A stretch of DNA of 64,000 bases from NCBI GenBank assembly GCA_040905045.1, contig JBBDSH010000091.1, forward strand, positions 1,995 through 65,994, given 5' to 3'. Below are positions 28,948 to 39,629 of the stretch, one piece after another. Both the position numbers and the translations under genes were made by a program. Every line of letters starts with the position of its first letter. Positions within the stretch are counted from its first letter, which is position 1. The notes under the pieces are model-generated. The model did not search any database. It saw only the letters and a list, made by a program, of their open reading frames with translations, and was not told the DNA's origin. This DNA comes from Gammaproteobacteria bacterium (GTDB taxonomy: Bacteria > Pseudomonadota > Gammaproteobacteria > Eutrophobiales > Eutrophobiaceae).

Positions 28948-31332
28948 ATGATGGACGACAAACAGGACCCCGGAATCGTCACCGAATCCGGCGATATCCG
29001 GCTGCCCGCACGCCAGGATGATGTCCTTCCGGACAAATTGTATCTCCTCCCCGTGGGAGAACGGCCGTTCTTTCCGGTGCAGACACTGCCGCTTATCTCC
29101 AGCGAGGAATCCTGGCTGGAGACTATAAACCGTGTCGGCTCGACACCGCACCACATCGCCGGCGTCTGCCGGACCACTCATTCCCCCGAGACCATGCCCG
29201 AGCCGGATGCCTTTGAGGAAACGGGCACGGTTGTCCGCATTCATAACGCCGAACGCGATTCCGGCAAGATCCATTTCATCGCGGAGGGTATCCGTCGCTT
29301 TCGCATCGTGCGCTGGATATCGACAAAGGCCCCGTATCTGGTCCAGGTGGAGTACCCGGAGCCGCCGGAGGAGGACGAGGACGAACTCAAGGCTTACTCC
29401 ATGTCCCTGCTCAATACCATCAAGGAACTGCTGCCGCTGAACCCGCTGTACAAGGAACAGCTCAAGGCATTCCTGGAACGCTTCAATATGGATCAGGCCT
29501 CGCCCCTGACGGACTTCGCCGCCCTGCTCACCAGTGCCGGCGGTGAGGAGTTGCAGGATGTACTGGCCACGGTACCCCTGCTCAAACGCATGGAAAAGGT
29601 CCTGTTGCTGCTGCGTAAGGAAGTGGAACTGGCCGGGCTGCAGCAGCAGATCCACCAGAAGGTCCAGGAACAGATGAACGAGCAGCAGCGCGAGTTTTTC
29701 CTGCGTGAACAACTGAAGGCGATCCAGAAGGAACTGGGCATCTCCAAGGACGACAAGACGGTGGAGGTCGAGCGCTTCCGGGAACGCATGGAAGAACTGA
29801 CCATCCCAGAGGCGGCGCAAAAGCGCATTGACGACGAAATGGAAAAACTGTCGTACCTGGAGGTGGGTTCGCCGGAATACGCCGTGACGCGCAATTACCT
29901 GGATGTCATTACGTCACTGCCCTGGGGCAAGTTCTCTGAAGATGTCCTGGATCTCAAGCATGCCCGGGAGATTCTGGATCGGGATCACGACAGCCTCAAC
30001 GATATCAAGGAACGCATCATCGAATTCCTGGCCCTGGGCGTACAGAAAGGCGAGATGGCCGGCGCCATCCTGTTGCTGGTGGGACCGCCGGGCGTGGGAA
30101 AATCCTCTATCGGCCGATCCATCGCCGAAGCCCTGGGCCGGGAGTTTTATCGTTTCAGCCTGGGAGGCATACGCGACGAAGCCGAGATCAAGGGCCACCG
30201 CCGCACCTACATCGGCGCCATGCCCGGCAAGGTCATTCAGGCGCTGCGGGATGCCGGCACATCCAACCCGGTCATCATGCTGGACGAAGTGGACAAGATC
30301 GGCGCTTCCTTCCAGGGCGATCCGGCCTCGGCGCTGCTGGAAGTACTGGACCCGGAACTCAATACAGACTTCCTGGATCATTACCTGGATGTCCGCTACG
30401 ACCTCTCCAAGGTACTGTTTGTGTGCACGGCCAACCAGCTGGATACGATTCCGTCACCCTTGCTGGACCGCATGGAAGTCATACGGCTGGCGGGATACAT
30501 CACGGAAGAGAAAATCACCATCGCCCGGCATCACCTGTGGCCCAGGGCCCTGAAAAATGCCGGTGTGCGGTCCGGTGACATCCGCATTACCGACGCGGCG
30601 TTGAAGAAGCTCATTGAGGGCTACGCCCGCGAGGCCGGCGTGCGCAATCTGGAAAAACAACTGGGCCGCATTATCCGCAAGGTGGTAGTGAAAAAACTGG
30701 AAGGGGCAAAGACACCGATCCGCATCAGCGTCGACAATCTTGAGGATTACCTGGGTAAACCCATCTTTCGCAAGGAAAAGCCGGTATCCGGCGTCGGCGT
30801 CGTCATCGGTCTGGCCTGGACTTCCATGGGCGGCGCCACACTGTCGGTGGAGGCCAGTCGGGTACATGCCCGCAAACGCGGCTTCCAGTTGACCGGACAA
30901 CTGGGCAATGTCATGAAGGAATCGGCGGAGATCGCCTACAGTTACGTCATCTCCCATGCCGGGGCGCTGGGCGCGCCGCCGGAATTCTTTGACGAGGCGC
31001 AGATCCATCTGCATGTGCCGGAAGGCGCCACGCCCAAGGACGGCCCCAGTGCCGGTATTACCATGGCCACGGCTTTGCTCTCCCTGGCCACGGGGCGCAG
31101 GATCAAGCGACCGCTGGCCATGACCGGCGAAATGACACTGACGGGGAAGGTCCTGCCCGTGGGCGGTATCCGTGAAAAAATCGTCGCCGCCCGGCGTTCG
31201 GGGGTTCTCGAGATCATCATGCCCGACGACAACCGCCGCGACGTGGACGAGTTGCCGGATTATCTGCGTAAGGGGTTAACGATCCACTTCGTCAAAAAAT
31301 ACGACGAAGTGGCGGGTATTGTCTTTAAGTGA
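28948..31332 (+). CDS. lon: ATP-dependent Lon protease (endopeptidase La)
   Basis: 794 aa. It has a LON N-domain, Walker [10 protein letters not shown] and the protease site PKDGPSAG. The stop TGA lies inside the first heptamer of repeat B1. Confidence 0.95.
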   Translation: MMDDKQDPGIVTESGDIRLPARQDDVLPDKLYLLPVGERPFFPVQTLPLISSEESWLETINRVGSTPHHIAGVCRTTHSPETMPEPDAFEETGTVVRIHNAERDSGKIHFIAEGIRRFRIVRWISTKAPYLVQVEYPEPPEEDEDELKAYSMSLLNTIKELLPLNPLYKEQLKAFLERFNMDQASPLTDFAALLTSAGGEELQDVLATVPLLKRMEKVLLLLRKEVELAGLQQQIHQKVQEQMNEQQREFFLREQLKAIQKELGISKDDKTVEVERFRERMEELTIPEAAQKRIDDEMEKLSYLEVGSPEYAVTRNYLDVITSLPWGKFSEDVLDLKHAREILDRDHDSLNDIKERIIEFLALGVQKGEMAGAILLLVGPPGVGKSSIGRSIAEALGREFYRFSLGGIRDEAEIKGHRRTYIGAMPGKVIQALRDAGTSNPVIMLDEVDKIGASFQGDPASALLEVLDPELNTDFLDHYLDVRYDLSKVLFVCTANQLDTIPSPLLDRMEVIRLAGYITEEKITIARHHLWPRALKNAGVRSGDIRITDAALKKLIEGYAREAGVRNLEKQLGRIIRKVVVKKLEGAKTPIRISVDNLEDYLGKPIFRKEKPVSGVGVVIGLAWTSMGGATLSVEASRVHARKRGFQLTGQLGNVMKESAEIAYSYVISHAGALGAPPEFFDEAQIHLHVPEGATPKDGPSAGITMATALLSLATGRRIKRPLAMTGEMTLTGKVLPVGGIREKIVAARRSGVLEIIMPDDNRRDVDELPDYLRKGLTIHFVKKYDEVAGIVFK

Positions 31333-31501
31333 GGAGTGAGGAGTGAGGAGTGACCAAGCCTCGTCATGCCGGAAAGTGCGTCAGCACTTATCCGGCATCA
31401 AGCTGTTGATAAATACGGGCATGAATACCGAATAAGGTCGGCAAGTATTCCGATATTACAGTGATTTTACTCCTTACTCCTCACCCCTCACGCCTCACTC
31501 T
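31327..31501. repeat. heptamer-array inverted-repeat element, copy B1
   Basis: The left arm has 4 tandem heptamers, AAGTGAG GAGTGAG GAGTGAG GAGTGAC (31327-31354). The right arm has 5 inverted heptamers, TTACTCC TTACTCC TCACCCC TCACGCC TCACTCT (31467-31501). The core of about 110 nt contains the hairpin ATGCCGGA..TCCGGCAT. Confidence 0.85.
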
Positions 31502-32726
31502 TTTTCGCGTAACGCTTCTCGACGTAATCGTCAACGATTTGCCGGAATTCCTCGGCAATATTTTCGCCACGGAGCGTCGTCACCTTTTTACCGTCGATAA
31601 AGACCGGCGCCGACGGCGCCTCGCCCGTGCCGGGCAGGCTGATGCCGATGTCCGCGTGCTTGCTCTCGCCGGGACCGTTGACGACACATCCCATGACCGC
31701 CAGGTTCATCTCTTCCACGCCGGTGTACGTTTCGCGCCAGACAGGCATCTGGCTGCGCACGTAGCCTTGGATATTATCCGCCAGTTCCTGAAATACGGTG
31801 CTGGTGGTGCGGCCGCAACCGGGACAAGCGGTGACCATGGGTGTAAAAGAGCGCAGACCCATGGTCTGCAAAATCTCCTGGGCGACGATGACCTCCCGGG
31901 CCCGATCGCCGCCGGGTTCCGGTGTCAGGGAGATGCGGATGGTGTCGCCGATACCCTCTTGCAGCAATACCGCCAGTGCGGCGGTGGAAGCGACGATGCC
32001 TTTCGAGCCCATGCCCGCCTCGGTCAGGCCCAGGTGCAACGCGTAATCACAGCGGGCGGCCAGATCACGGTAGACACTGATCAGCTTCTGAACGCCGCTG
32101 ACCTTGCAGGACAGAATGATGTGATCCCTGGGCAAACCGATTTCCTCGGCCTTTTCCGCGCTGGTCAGGGCGGACACGATCAGCGCCTCCTGCATGACCT
32201 CATCCGCCTCCTTCGGTTCGGGCAGGCCGGCGTTTTCGTCCATCATGCGCGTGGCCAGTTCCTGATCCAGACTGCCCCAGTTGACGCCGATGCGCACCGG
32301 TTTATCGTATTCGATGGCCTTTTCGATCATGGTGGCGAACTGGCTGTCTTTCTTGCGGCCGAAACCGACGTTGCCGGGATTGATGCGGTACTTGGCCAAC
32401 GCACCGGCACAGTCCGGGTATTTGCTGAGGAGTTGATGGCCGTTGTAATGGAAATCCCCGACCAGGGGCACCGTACAGCCCCACTGGTCCAGCTTTTCCC
32501 GGATGGGCGCCACAGCGGCGGCGGATTCCTCGTTATTGACGGTGATTCGCACCAGTTCGGAACCGGCTGCCGCCAGTTGCTGAACCTGCCGTGCCGTGCC
32601 CTCGACATCGGCTGTATCGGTATTGGTCATGGATTGCACCACAACCGGGGCGTCACCGCCGATGGTAACGGCGCCGACCCTGACACCGACACTGCGACGC
32701 CTTGGTATTTCCTGCCTGTTGGTCAT
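31488..32726 (-). CDS. ispG: 4-hydroxy-3-methylbut-2-en-1-yl diphosphate synthase
   Basis: 412 aa. [12 protein letters not shown], the TIM-barrel domain and the C-terminal Cys motifs (ACPGCGRT) are present. The stop lies inside the right arm of B1. Confidence 0.95.
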   Translation of the reverse strand: MTNRQEIPRRRSVGVRVGAVTIGGDAPVVVQSMTNTDTADVEGTARQVQQLAAAGSELVRITVNNEESAAAVAPIREKLDQWGCTVPLVGDFHYNGHQLLSKYPDCAGALAKYRINPGNVGFGRKKDSQFATMIEKAIEYDKPVRIGVNWGSLDQELATRMMDENAGLPEPKEADEVMQEALIVSALTSAEKAEEIGLPRDHIILSCKVSGVQKLISVYRDLAARCDYALHLGLTEAGMGSKGIVASTAALAVLLQEGIGDTIRISLTPEPGGDRAREVIVAQEILQTMGLRSFTPMVTACPGCGRTTSTVFQELADNIQGYVRSQMPVWRETYTGVEEMNLAVMGCVVNGPGESKHADIGISLPGTGEAPSAPVFIDGKKVTTLRGENIAEEFRQIVDDYVEKRYAKKSEA

Positions 32727-33010
32727 GAAATAAACTGCCTTGTGAATAATCTTGATTGCGGTGGGAGTCTAACCGGCGCATAAACCGTGTCAAGCCGGAC
32801 CCGGATGCTGCAATCTTACACCGGTTTTATGCCGGGATCGTCCGGAAATTCACCACCTGAACAGCGGACCCGCACCACCGGCGGGCACCTGAGCAGACAT
32901 GGTTACAGCGGAATCCGCCCGCATACATCGGCGGGACCGCCATACGCCGCCGCGACCCGGACGCGGTGCGGGAGGAAAAAAAAACCATTGCATGCCATAC
33001 TATCGCGGTT

Positions 33011-33529
33011 ATGAAAAATCAGAAAAACAGTTATAACAGGGAAGAATTGCTCGCATGCGCCAGAGGTGAACTCTTCGGTCCGGGAAATGCCCAGTTGCCG
33101 TTGCCCAACATGCTGATGTTCGATCGCATCACCGAGATCAACGATCACGGTGGCAGTGGCGGCAAGGGTATCATGGTCGCGGAACTGGATATCAATCCCG
33201 ATTTATGGTTCTTTGAGTGTCACTTCCACGGTGATCCGGTCATGCCGGGTTGTCTGGGACTGGATGCCATGTGGCAGATGGTCGGCTTTTTCCTGGGCTG
33301 GACCGGCGCACCCGGTCGCGGTCGCGCCCTGGGCTCGGGACAGGTAAAATTCAGCGGCCAGGTTACGCCGCGGAATAAACTGGTCCGCTATACTATCGAT
33401 ATCAAGCGAATCATCCGGCGCGGTCTCATCATGGGCGTGGCCGACGGGATCATGGAAGTGGACGACAGGACGATTTACACAGCCGGCGATCTCCGCGTAG
33501 GCTTGTTTCAGCAAACAGAAAACTTTTAA
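33011..33529 (+). CDS. fabA: 3-hydroxydecanoyl-ACP dehydratase/isomerase
   Basis: 172 aa from ATG 33011. [22 protein letters not shown] and [23 protein letters not shown] (active-site His) are collinear with E. coli FabA. Confidence 0.9.
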   Translation: MKNQKNSYNREELLACARGELFGPGNAQLPLPNMLMFDRITEINDHGGSGGKGIMVAELDINPDLWFFECHFHGDPVMPGCLGLDAMWQMVGFFLGWTGAPGRGRALGSGQVKFSGQVTPRNKLVRYTIDIKRIIRRGLIMGVADGIMEVDDRTIYTAGDLRVGLFQQTENF

Positions 33530-33535
33530 TTCGTC

Positions 33536-34777
33536 TTGGGGGAAGAACCAGCTTTGAAAAGAGTGGTCATAACCGGTCTGGGTATCAAGTCCAGTATCGG
33601 AACGAACAAACAGGAAGTGATCGATTCCCTGGTCAACGGCCGCGGCGGCGTGGAATTCTGTCAGGAATACGCGGATCTCGGATTCCGAACCCATGTATAC
33701 GCCCCCGTCAAACTGGATCTGGATGCGATTATCGATCGCAAACAAAAGCGTTTCATGGGCGATGCAGCCGCTTATGCCTATCTGGCCATGCAGGACGCCA
33801 TGCAAGACGCCGGGCTGGACAGGGATGCCGTTTCCGATCCCCGTATCGGCCTGATTGCCGGCAGCGGCGGTTCTTCCACCGCCAACATGATCGCGGCCGC
33901 CGATATCATGCGCGAGAAAGGCGCAAGGAAAGTGGGACCGACCATGGTGCCGCGCGTCATGGCCAGCACCTGCAGCGCCTGCCTGGCCGTTGCCTACGGC
34001 ATCAAGGGCGTCAATTATTCCATCAGTTCGGCCTGCGCCACCAGCGCCCACTGCATCGGCAATGCCTGTGATCTGATCCGGGACGGCAAACAGGATATTA
34101 TATTTGCCGGCGGCGGCGATGAACTGCACTGGAGCGGAACACTGCTATTCGATGGCATGGGTGCCCTGTCCGCCAAATTTAACGATGATCCCGAGCACGC
34201 CTCGCGGGCCTTCGATGCGGACAGGGACGGCTTCATCATCTCGGGGGGCGGCGGCATCCTGGTACTGGAAGAACTGGAGCACGCCCGGGCACGCGGAGCG
34301 AAGATATACGCGGAGGTCGTCGGCTACGGTGCCACCTCCGACGGCCTGGATATGGTCAAGCCCTCCGGTGAAGGCGCGGCGCGCTGCATGCGCATCGCCC
34401 TGGAGAATGTCGACGGCCCGGTGGACTACATCAACGCCCACGCCACCAGCACCCCGGCCGGAGACGTGGCCGAACTGTCCGCCATCCGGGATGTATTCGG
34501 TGAGGACATGCCCGCCGTCAGTTCCACCAAGTCCTTGTCCGGGCATGGTCTCGGCGCCGCCGGTGTCAATGAGGCCATCTTCTCACTGTTAATGATGGAA
34601 CAGGACTTCATCTGCGCCTCGGCGAACATTTTCAATCTGGACAAGGACGCCGAGGGCGCCCGCATTGTCAAAGAACGCATCGACAACGCCGGGCTGAAGA
34701 CCGTCATGTCCAACAGCTTCGGTTTCGGCGGCACCAATGCCACGCTGGTGTTCAGGAGACTTGCGAGTGAGGAGTGA
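33536..34777 (+). CDS. fabB: 3-oxoacyl-ACP synthase I
   Basis: [29 protein letters not shown] (active Cys), [11 protein letters not shown] and [13 protein letters not shown]. The start is TTG at 33536 or 33554. The last codons (ASEE-stop) lie in heptamer array B2. Confidence 0.9.
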   Translation: MGEEPALKRVVITGLGIKSSIGTNKQEVIDSLVNGRGGVEFCQEYADLGFRTHVYAPVKLDLDAIIDRKQKRFMGDAAAYAYLAMQDAMQDAGLDRDAVSDPRIGLIAGSGGSSTANMIAAADIMREKGARKVGPTMVPRVMASTCSACLAVAYGIKGVNYSISSACATSAHCIGNACDLIRDGKQDIIFAGGGDELHWSGTLLFDGMGALSAKFNDDPEHASRAFDADRDGFIISGGGGILVLEELEHARARGAKIYAEVVGYGATSDGLDMVKPSGEGAARCMRIALENVDGPVDYINAHATSTPAGDVAELSAIRDVFGEDMPAVSSTKSLSGHGLGAAGVNEAIFSLLMMEQDFICASANIFNLDKDAEGARIVKERIDNAGLKTVMSNSFGFGGTNATLVFRRLASEE

Positions 34778-35008
34778 GGCGTGAGGAGTAAGGAGTGAGG
34801 AGTGAGGAGTAATCTTCCATTATGCCAGAGAACTTCCCCGTCCGGATCAAAGTCCGTAACAGGCTCCGTGTTTACCGAGTATCCACAAGTTGTTTTATCT
34901 GAGCCTGATGCCGGATAACCGCCACGCGGTTTCCCGCATAACGGAGTTCTCTTTACTCCTCACCCCTTACTCCTCACTCCTCACGCCTCAGGCCTCGCGT
35001 CTCACGGA
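34765..35008. repeat. heptamer-array inverted-repeat element, copy B2
   Basis: The left arm has 7 tandem heptamers (GAGTGAG x2, GCGTGAG, GAGTAAG, GAGTGAG x2, GAGTAAT; 34765-34813). The right arm has 8 inverted heptamers (34953-35008). The core is homologous to the B1 core but in the opposite orientation (TTATCCGGCATCA[A/G]GCT...GATAAA). Confidence 0.85.
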
Positions 35009-35014
35009 ATAACC

Positions 35015-36847
35015 ATGGAGATATCCACCCTCACCGCTCTCGCCGTCATCGGCATTCTCGGCATCGCCTGCCAGTGGCTTTCCTGGTGGCTGCGCCTGCC
35101 GGCCATTCTGCTGCTGTTGCTTGTGGGCATCCTCGCCGGTCCGGTTACCGGACTCATCAATCCCGACGCCCTGTTCGGCGATCTGCTGTTTCCGCTGGTG
35201 TCGTTGTCCGTCGCGGTCATTCTGTTCGAGGGCAGCCTCACACTGAAATTTGAAGAAATCCGGGGACTGCGCAAGGTGGTCCGCAACCTCATCAGTATCG
35301 GTGCGGTGATCACCTGGCTGATTACCGCCGCCGCCGCGCATTTTATCCTGGGATTCAGTCCGGACCTGGCCCTGCTTTTCGGAGCGGTGGTGGTGGTTAC
35401 CGGACCGACAGTCATTATCCCCATGCTGCGGGCGGTCCGGCCCAATGCCGACATTGCCAACATCCTGCGCTGGGAAGGCATTGTCATCGATCCCCTGGGA
35501 GCGCTGTTATCGGTGCTGGTATTTGAATTCATCATTTCCAGCCAGATAGGGGACGCGCTCGGCCATGTACTCCTGACCTTCGGGCGCATAGTCCTCATCG
35601 GCTTTATCATGGGTATTGTTTTCGCCCACATACTCGGCTTTATCCTGCGCCGCCATTTGATTCCGGAATACCTTCGTAATGTCCTCGCTCTGACACTGGT
35701 ATTCGGAGTCTACGCCGTTTCCGACATGGTTGAACACGAATCGGGACTGCTTGCCGTAACCATCATGGGTATCGCGTTGGCGAACATGAAGAATACCGAT
35801 ATCTCGGACATTCTCGACTTCAAGGAAAGTCTCAGCGTGTTGCTGATTTCCGGCCTGTTTATCATACTCGCCGCCCGTCTTGAGGGCGGTGTGCTTCTCG
35901 ATATGGGCTGGCCAGCCTTGCTGTTACTGGGCGCCATCATGTTCCTGTCCCGCCCGATCGCGGTATTTGTTTCCGCACTGGGTTCCGATCTGAACATCAG
36001 GGAGAAGCTGATGATCGCATGGATCGGACCGCGCGGTATCGTCGCGGCGGCCATTTCCGCCGTATTCGCTCTCCGGCTTGAGGAGGCGGGACTGGAAGGC
36101 GCTGAATTGCTGGTCCCGGTAACCTTCCTGGTCATCATCGGCACCGTAGTTATACAAAGTGTCACGGCCAAACACCTGGCGCAATGGCTGGGTGTGCGGG
36201 AACCGCCGCCGCGTGGCGTTCTTATCACCGGGGCGGGTATTGTTTCGCGAACCATCGGCAAGGCCCTGCAGGAACAGGGCTTCAAGGTACTGCTGACCGA
36301 CAGCAACTGGGAAAATATCTCTCTGGCCCGCAAGGAGGGTCTGGATACCTACTACGGCAATCCGGTTTCGGAACATGCCGACCGCAATCTTGTTCTCGTC
36401 GGTATAGGTAATCTGCTGGGTATGTCGGGAAGCACCCATCTGGATTCCCTGGCCGCGCAGAAATACAAATCGGAATTCGGTGCCCGGCATATCTATGAAC
36501 TGGTATCGGCCCGTGACAAAAATACTCCGGAGAAGCACCAGGTCTCGACCCGGCATCGCGGACGACAGTTGTTCGCGGATGACATCAACCACGCCACAAT
36601 CGCAGGCTGGCTCAGAACCGGCGCCAGAATTGATACGGCTCAATTAACCGAGGACCATGATTTCCAGGCCTATCTGAATGACCATTGGGATCACTGCATA
36701 CCCCTGTTTGCCGTTGACCCGAAAGAACATTTGTACTTTTTTACCGTCGACGAGGAATTAATACCGGAAAGCGACTGGAAGGTAACCAGCCTTATACTGC
36801 CGGAACACGAAACCTATCAGCGCCGAAAAGCGGAGCAGAATGAATAA
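35015..36847 (+). CDS. CPA1-family Na+(K+)/H+ antiporter with a C-terminal TrkA-N/RCK-like domain
   Basis: 610 aa. An N-terminal polytopic exchanger domain is followed by a Rossmann-like VLITGAGIVSRTIGKALQEQGFKVLL. Confidence 0.8.
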   Translation: MEISTLTALAVIGILGIACQWLSWWLRLPAILLLLLVGILAGPVTGLINPDALFGDLLFPLVSLSVAVILFEGSLTLKFEEIRGLRKVVRNLISIGAVITWLITAAAAHFILGFSPDLALLFGAVVVVTGPTVIIPMLRAVRPNADIANILRWEGIVIDPLGALLSVLVFEFIISSQIGDALGHVLLTFGRIVLIGFIMGIVFAHILGFILRRHLIPEYLRNVLALTLVFGVYAVSDMVEHESGLLAVTIMGIALANMKNTDISDILDFKESLSVLLISGLFIILAARLEGGVLLDMGWPALLLLGAIMFLSRPIAVFVSALGSDLNIREKLMIAWIGPRGIVAAAISAVFALRLEEAGLEGAELLVPVTFLVIIGTVVIQSVTAKHLAQWLGVREPPPRGVLITGAGIVSRTIGKALQEQGFKVLLTDSNWENISLARKEGLDTYYGNPVSEHADRNLVLVGIGNLLGMSGSTHLDSLAAQKYKSEFGARHIYELVSARDKNTPEKHQVSTRHRGRQLFADDINHATIAGWLRTGARIDTAQLTEDHDFQAYLNDHWDHCIPLFAVDPKEHLYFFTVDEELIPESDWKVTSLILPEHETYQRRKAEQNE

Positions 36848-37044
36848 ACTCTGTGATTAAGTTCACAAGATAAAGAGATTCGACGGTATTCGCATGACAA
36901 GTTGAGATTCCCGTCACAGCAAATCGCCCGGCAGTTCTCTATTATCAGAATCGCAAGATGTGAGTAACCTCCCTGATCTTGCGCCCGGCTCTGCTCATCA
37001 GCCCTCTTCCCCCAACGAAGGAGCAACCGGGCCTTTTTTAAATA

Positions 37045-37172
37045 AGTAACCCGACATCGTTCTATTGAACACGCTGTGAATACTTCCATGTACGCTCGAC
37101 GGCCGCATCTCCCGGATCAAGTCCGGGACAGGCTCTGCGGCCGACGGTTCCATAGAACGATGTCGGGTTACT
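37045..37172. repeat. hairpin element with 21-bp perfect terminal inverted repeats
   Basis: AGTAACCCGACATCGTTCTAT (37045-37065) is the reverse complement of 37152-37172. The centre carries the 25-nt hairpin module TCCCGGATCAAGTCCGGGACAGGCT (37110-37134). Confidence 0.8.
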
Positions 37173-37194
37173 GACAATCAGATCAGTAACTCGC

Positions 37195-37977
37195 CTATCG
37201 CATCCCCCTGGCCTTTTTAATCTCATCGTAGGCGCGCTGGATTTCCTGGGACCGTTCCGTAGCCGCTTCAATCATGTCGTCCGGCACGCCCTGCCCCATC
37301 AGTTTGTCTGGATGGTATTGATTCATAAGCTTGCGATAGGCCTTCTTGATCTCCGCATCACTGGCATTTTCGTCGACACCCAGGGCCTGATAGGCCAGTT
37401 CCAGATTGCCCGCAGCGCCGGGCTGTCCGCCCCGAAAACTGTCCTGCGCCCGTATCATCCGGATCAATTGTTCAAAAGCGGCCGACGAGATCCCCAGTCG
37501 CGACGCAACCTGCCGCAGAACACGTTCTTCGCTTTCATCCAGGCGGCCGTCCGCCAGAGCCACATTGACCAGATAGACCAGCAGCATCTGAATCAGGTTG
37601 GGCCGTCGGCCGCATACAGACAGAAATTCCTGTAACTGTGCGTCCAGATCAAAATCCGGTTCCGCGCCCTGCTTGAACAGGCGGATGGCCTCGCGGCGAT
37701 GCTGCGCAGTCAGCCCCATGTGCGCCATGAATTGCTCGGTCTGCCGGATCTCGTCTTCGGAAATGCGGCCGTCGGCCTTGGCGAGATGCCCGAGGGTTCG
37801 GAACACGGTCATGAAAAAACTCTCCTGGATCCTTTGCCGTTGCTCCGGCGTACCGCCCATCTGTGCAATCCGATAACCCCTATCAAACAGATGGCCGACA
37901 AACAGCCCCAGCAAGGCGGGCAATATTCCGCCCATGCTGTATCCCAACAGACCGCCGACGACTTTGCCGATAATCAT
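37195..37977 (-). CDS. djlA: co-chaperone DjlA (TM anchor, TerB-like domain and C-terminal J domain)
   Basis: 260 aa. It has an N-terminal TM segment and a C-terminal J domain, [32 protein letters not shown]. Confidence 0.85.
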   Translation of the reverse strand: MIIGKVVGGLLGYSMGGILPALLGLFVGHLFDRGYRIAQMGGTPEQRQRIQESFFMTVFRTLGHLAKADGRISEDEIRQTEQFMAHMGLTAQHRREAIRLFKQGAEPDFDLDAQLQEFLSVCGRRPNLIQMLLVYLVNVALADGRLDESEERVLRQVASRLGISSAAFEQLIRMIRAQDSFRGGQPGAAGNLELAYQALGVDENASDAEIKKAYRKLMNQYHPDKLMGQGVPDDMIEAATERSQEIQRAYDEIKKARGMR

Positions 37978-38138
37978 AAAATCAGATGATGAGTCACTGC
38001 CCCCGTTCGTACAAGATTAACGGAAGAATAGATAATCGAACGGGAACATGTTGAAAACAGATTCATGGATAACAAGTATGGAAATAACGGGATGTGAAAA
38101 TGGAAAGCGGCTTTGAATCCGGCGGTAAAGCTTAATGC

Positions 38139-38462
38139 TTATGAAGCATGGGGTAGCGCGAAATCGATCACCTCGTTTTCCCGGGCAAATTCCGTTCTGA
38201 TCCTGTCATCCGGACTGAGCTTGATAAGATACTGGGGCTTTTTATACCAGAGCGTGGTTCCGTGCCGGTTTAACCTGCCGGGCAAATCGACAACCACATA
38301 GACACCGGCACGAAGCTGCCCGAACCTGTCGTAACCTGCTATCCGGGCCGCCGGGCGGGCAATAGTACCGGTACAGCCGATGAGCCCGGGATTATAGTCG
38401 GCATTGACTACAAGAACGAGATCGCCGACGTCAAAATGCTGTGGTGGACTCTCCTCCTGCAT
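38139..38462 (-). CDS. hypothetical protein
   Basis: 107-aa ORF with no overlapping stronger ORF. I recognise no family. A small stem, ATGCTT..AAGCAT, overlaps the stop. Confidence 0.35.
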   Translation of the reverse strand: MQEESPPQHFDVGDLVLVVNADYNPGLIGCTGTIARPAARIAGYDRFGQLRAGVYVVVDLPGRLNRHGTTLWYKKPQYLIKLSPDDRIRTEFARENEVIDFALPHAS

Positions 38463-38578
38463 CTACCCCTCGTTCATGAAACAACACAATAATAGTATAG
38501 CGTAAATATCCGCGGTTTGTCCCGGACCAGCGCGGCCTCACCCGGGTTCCAATGGAATTTCAATAATATACAGGGGAG

Positions 38579-39496
38579 TTATTCCCCCATCAGGCTGTTA
38601 TAAACGATTTCCAGGAACTGCTCCGGGTTGATGAAACCGTTCCCCAGGGAGCTGTCGTAATCGGCATTGGGCTTCAGGGCCAGGACCTCTTCCAGACTTT
38701 TGCCCCGGTGGATTAGATCCTGAATGCGGTCGCGGACGGTTTTAAGCATGACCAGATAATCTTCCAGGTCGCTCCGGTCGCCCATAGGTCCATGCCCGGG
38801 AATGATCCTGGTGTCATCATCGACCAGCGCCAGGATTTTCTCCACAGCGGCGATCATCCCGTCAATGGAACCACCACTGGAAATATCGATAAACGGATAA
38901 TTGCCGTGAAACCAGGTATCGCCGGTATGCACGACATTGGATTCCGGGAAATGCACCACGCTGTCACCGTCGGTATGCGCATGCGCCACATGAAAGACCC
39001 GGGTGTCCTCACCGTTGACATGAAAGGTCACATCATGGCTGAAGGAAATCACCGGCAGCGCCGCCTTCGGTGATGGCGGAACCTTCCGGTTCAGGGAACG
39101 GATAAAATTCTCCTGCGTCATGCGTTCATACACATTATCGTGGGCAACAATGACCGCGCCGGCCTTGCCGAAGTTCTCATTGCCGCCGGTATGATCGAAA
39201 TGCCAGTGCGTATTAATGACGAACTTCACCGGTTTTTCCGAGATAGCCGCGATGGCCGCCTGGATTTTATCCGTCAGGGGCGCGAATTGATCATCGATGA
39301 TATAGACGGCGTCACCCCCGGCGGAGACACCGATGTTGCCGCCCGCTCCCTCCAGCATATGGATGTTGCCTCGCACATGATGGGTCTTGATCTCTATCTT
39401 GTCGAAGTCCAGCTGCTGGGCCGCAGTATTTGTTACAGGCAGAAACAGAATGACCAGGGCTATTAAACCGGAATATTGTCTGATGGTATGGCGCAT
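38579..39496 (-). CDS. secreted MBL-fold metallo-hydrolase
   Basis: 305 aa. It has a signal peptide, the HxHxDH motif (THWHFDHTGG) and a later HTDGD. Confidence 0.8.
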   Translation of the reverse strand: MRHTIRQYSGLIALVILFLPVTNTAAQQLDFDKIEIKTHHVRGNIHMLEGAGGNIGVSAGGDAVYIIDDQFAPLTDKIQAAIAAISEKPVKFVINTHWHFDHTGGNENFGKAGAVIVAHDNVYERMTQENFIRSLNRKVPPSPKAALPVISFSHDVTFHVNGEDTRVFHVAHAHTDGDSVVHFPESNVVHTGDTWFHGNYPFIDISSGGSIDGMIAAVEKILALVDDDTRIIPGHGPMGDRSDLEDYLVMLKTVRDRIQDLIHRGKSLEEVLALKPNADYDSSLGNGFINPEQFLEIVYNSLMGE

Positions 39497-39524
39497 GATT
39501 CGGCTTCCTCTCGATGAGTGTTGT

Positions 39525-39629
39525 CATTGGAATATCGGTGATACCGGGTTGATAACCAAGCTGCTTAATCAGTGTGGTTAATTGACTGCGATGATGGGTC
39601 TGGTGATTGAAAAGGATCTCGCCAAGCAC
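39525..39629 (-). pseudogene. C-terminal remnant of a DinB-family protein fused to repeat A3
   Basis: LGEILFNHQTHHRSQLTTLIKQLGYQPGITDIP matches only the last helix and His motif (HxxHHRxQL) of DinB/YfiT-like proteins. Upstream the sequence runs straight into the 9-mer repeat arm. Confidence 0.3.

Noticed and set aside
34765-34813. A CRISPR array or minisatellite interpretation of the GAGTGAG and CTTGGCG tandem units.
   Set aside because: The units are 7 or 9 nt with no spacers and occur as short inverted arms. There are no cas genes. This does not fit CRISPR architecture.
36982-37040. A rho-independent terminator for the antiporter gene (GCCCGG...CCGGGC followed by TTTTTT).
   Set aside because: The two 6-nt arms are about 40 nt apart, so the hairpin would be weak. 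I left it uncalled.
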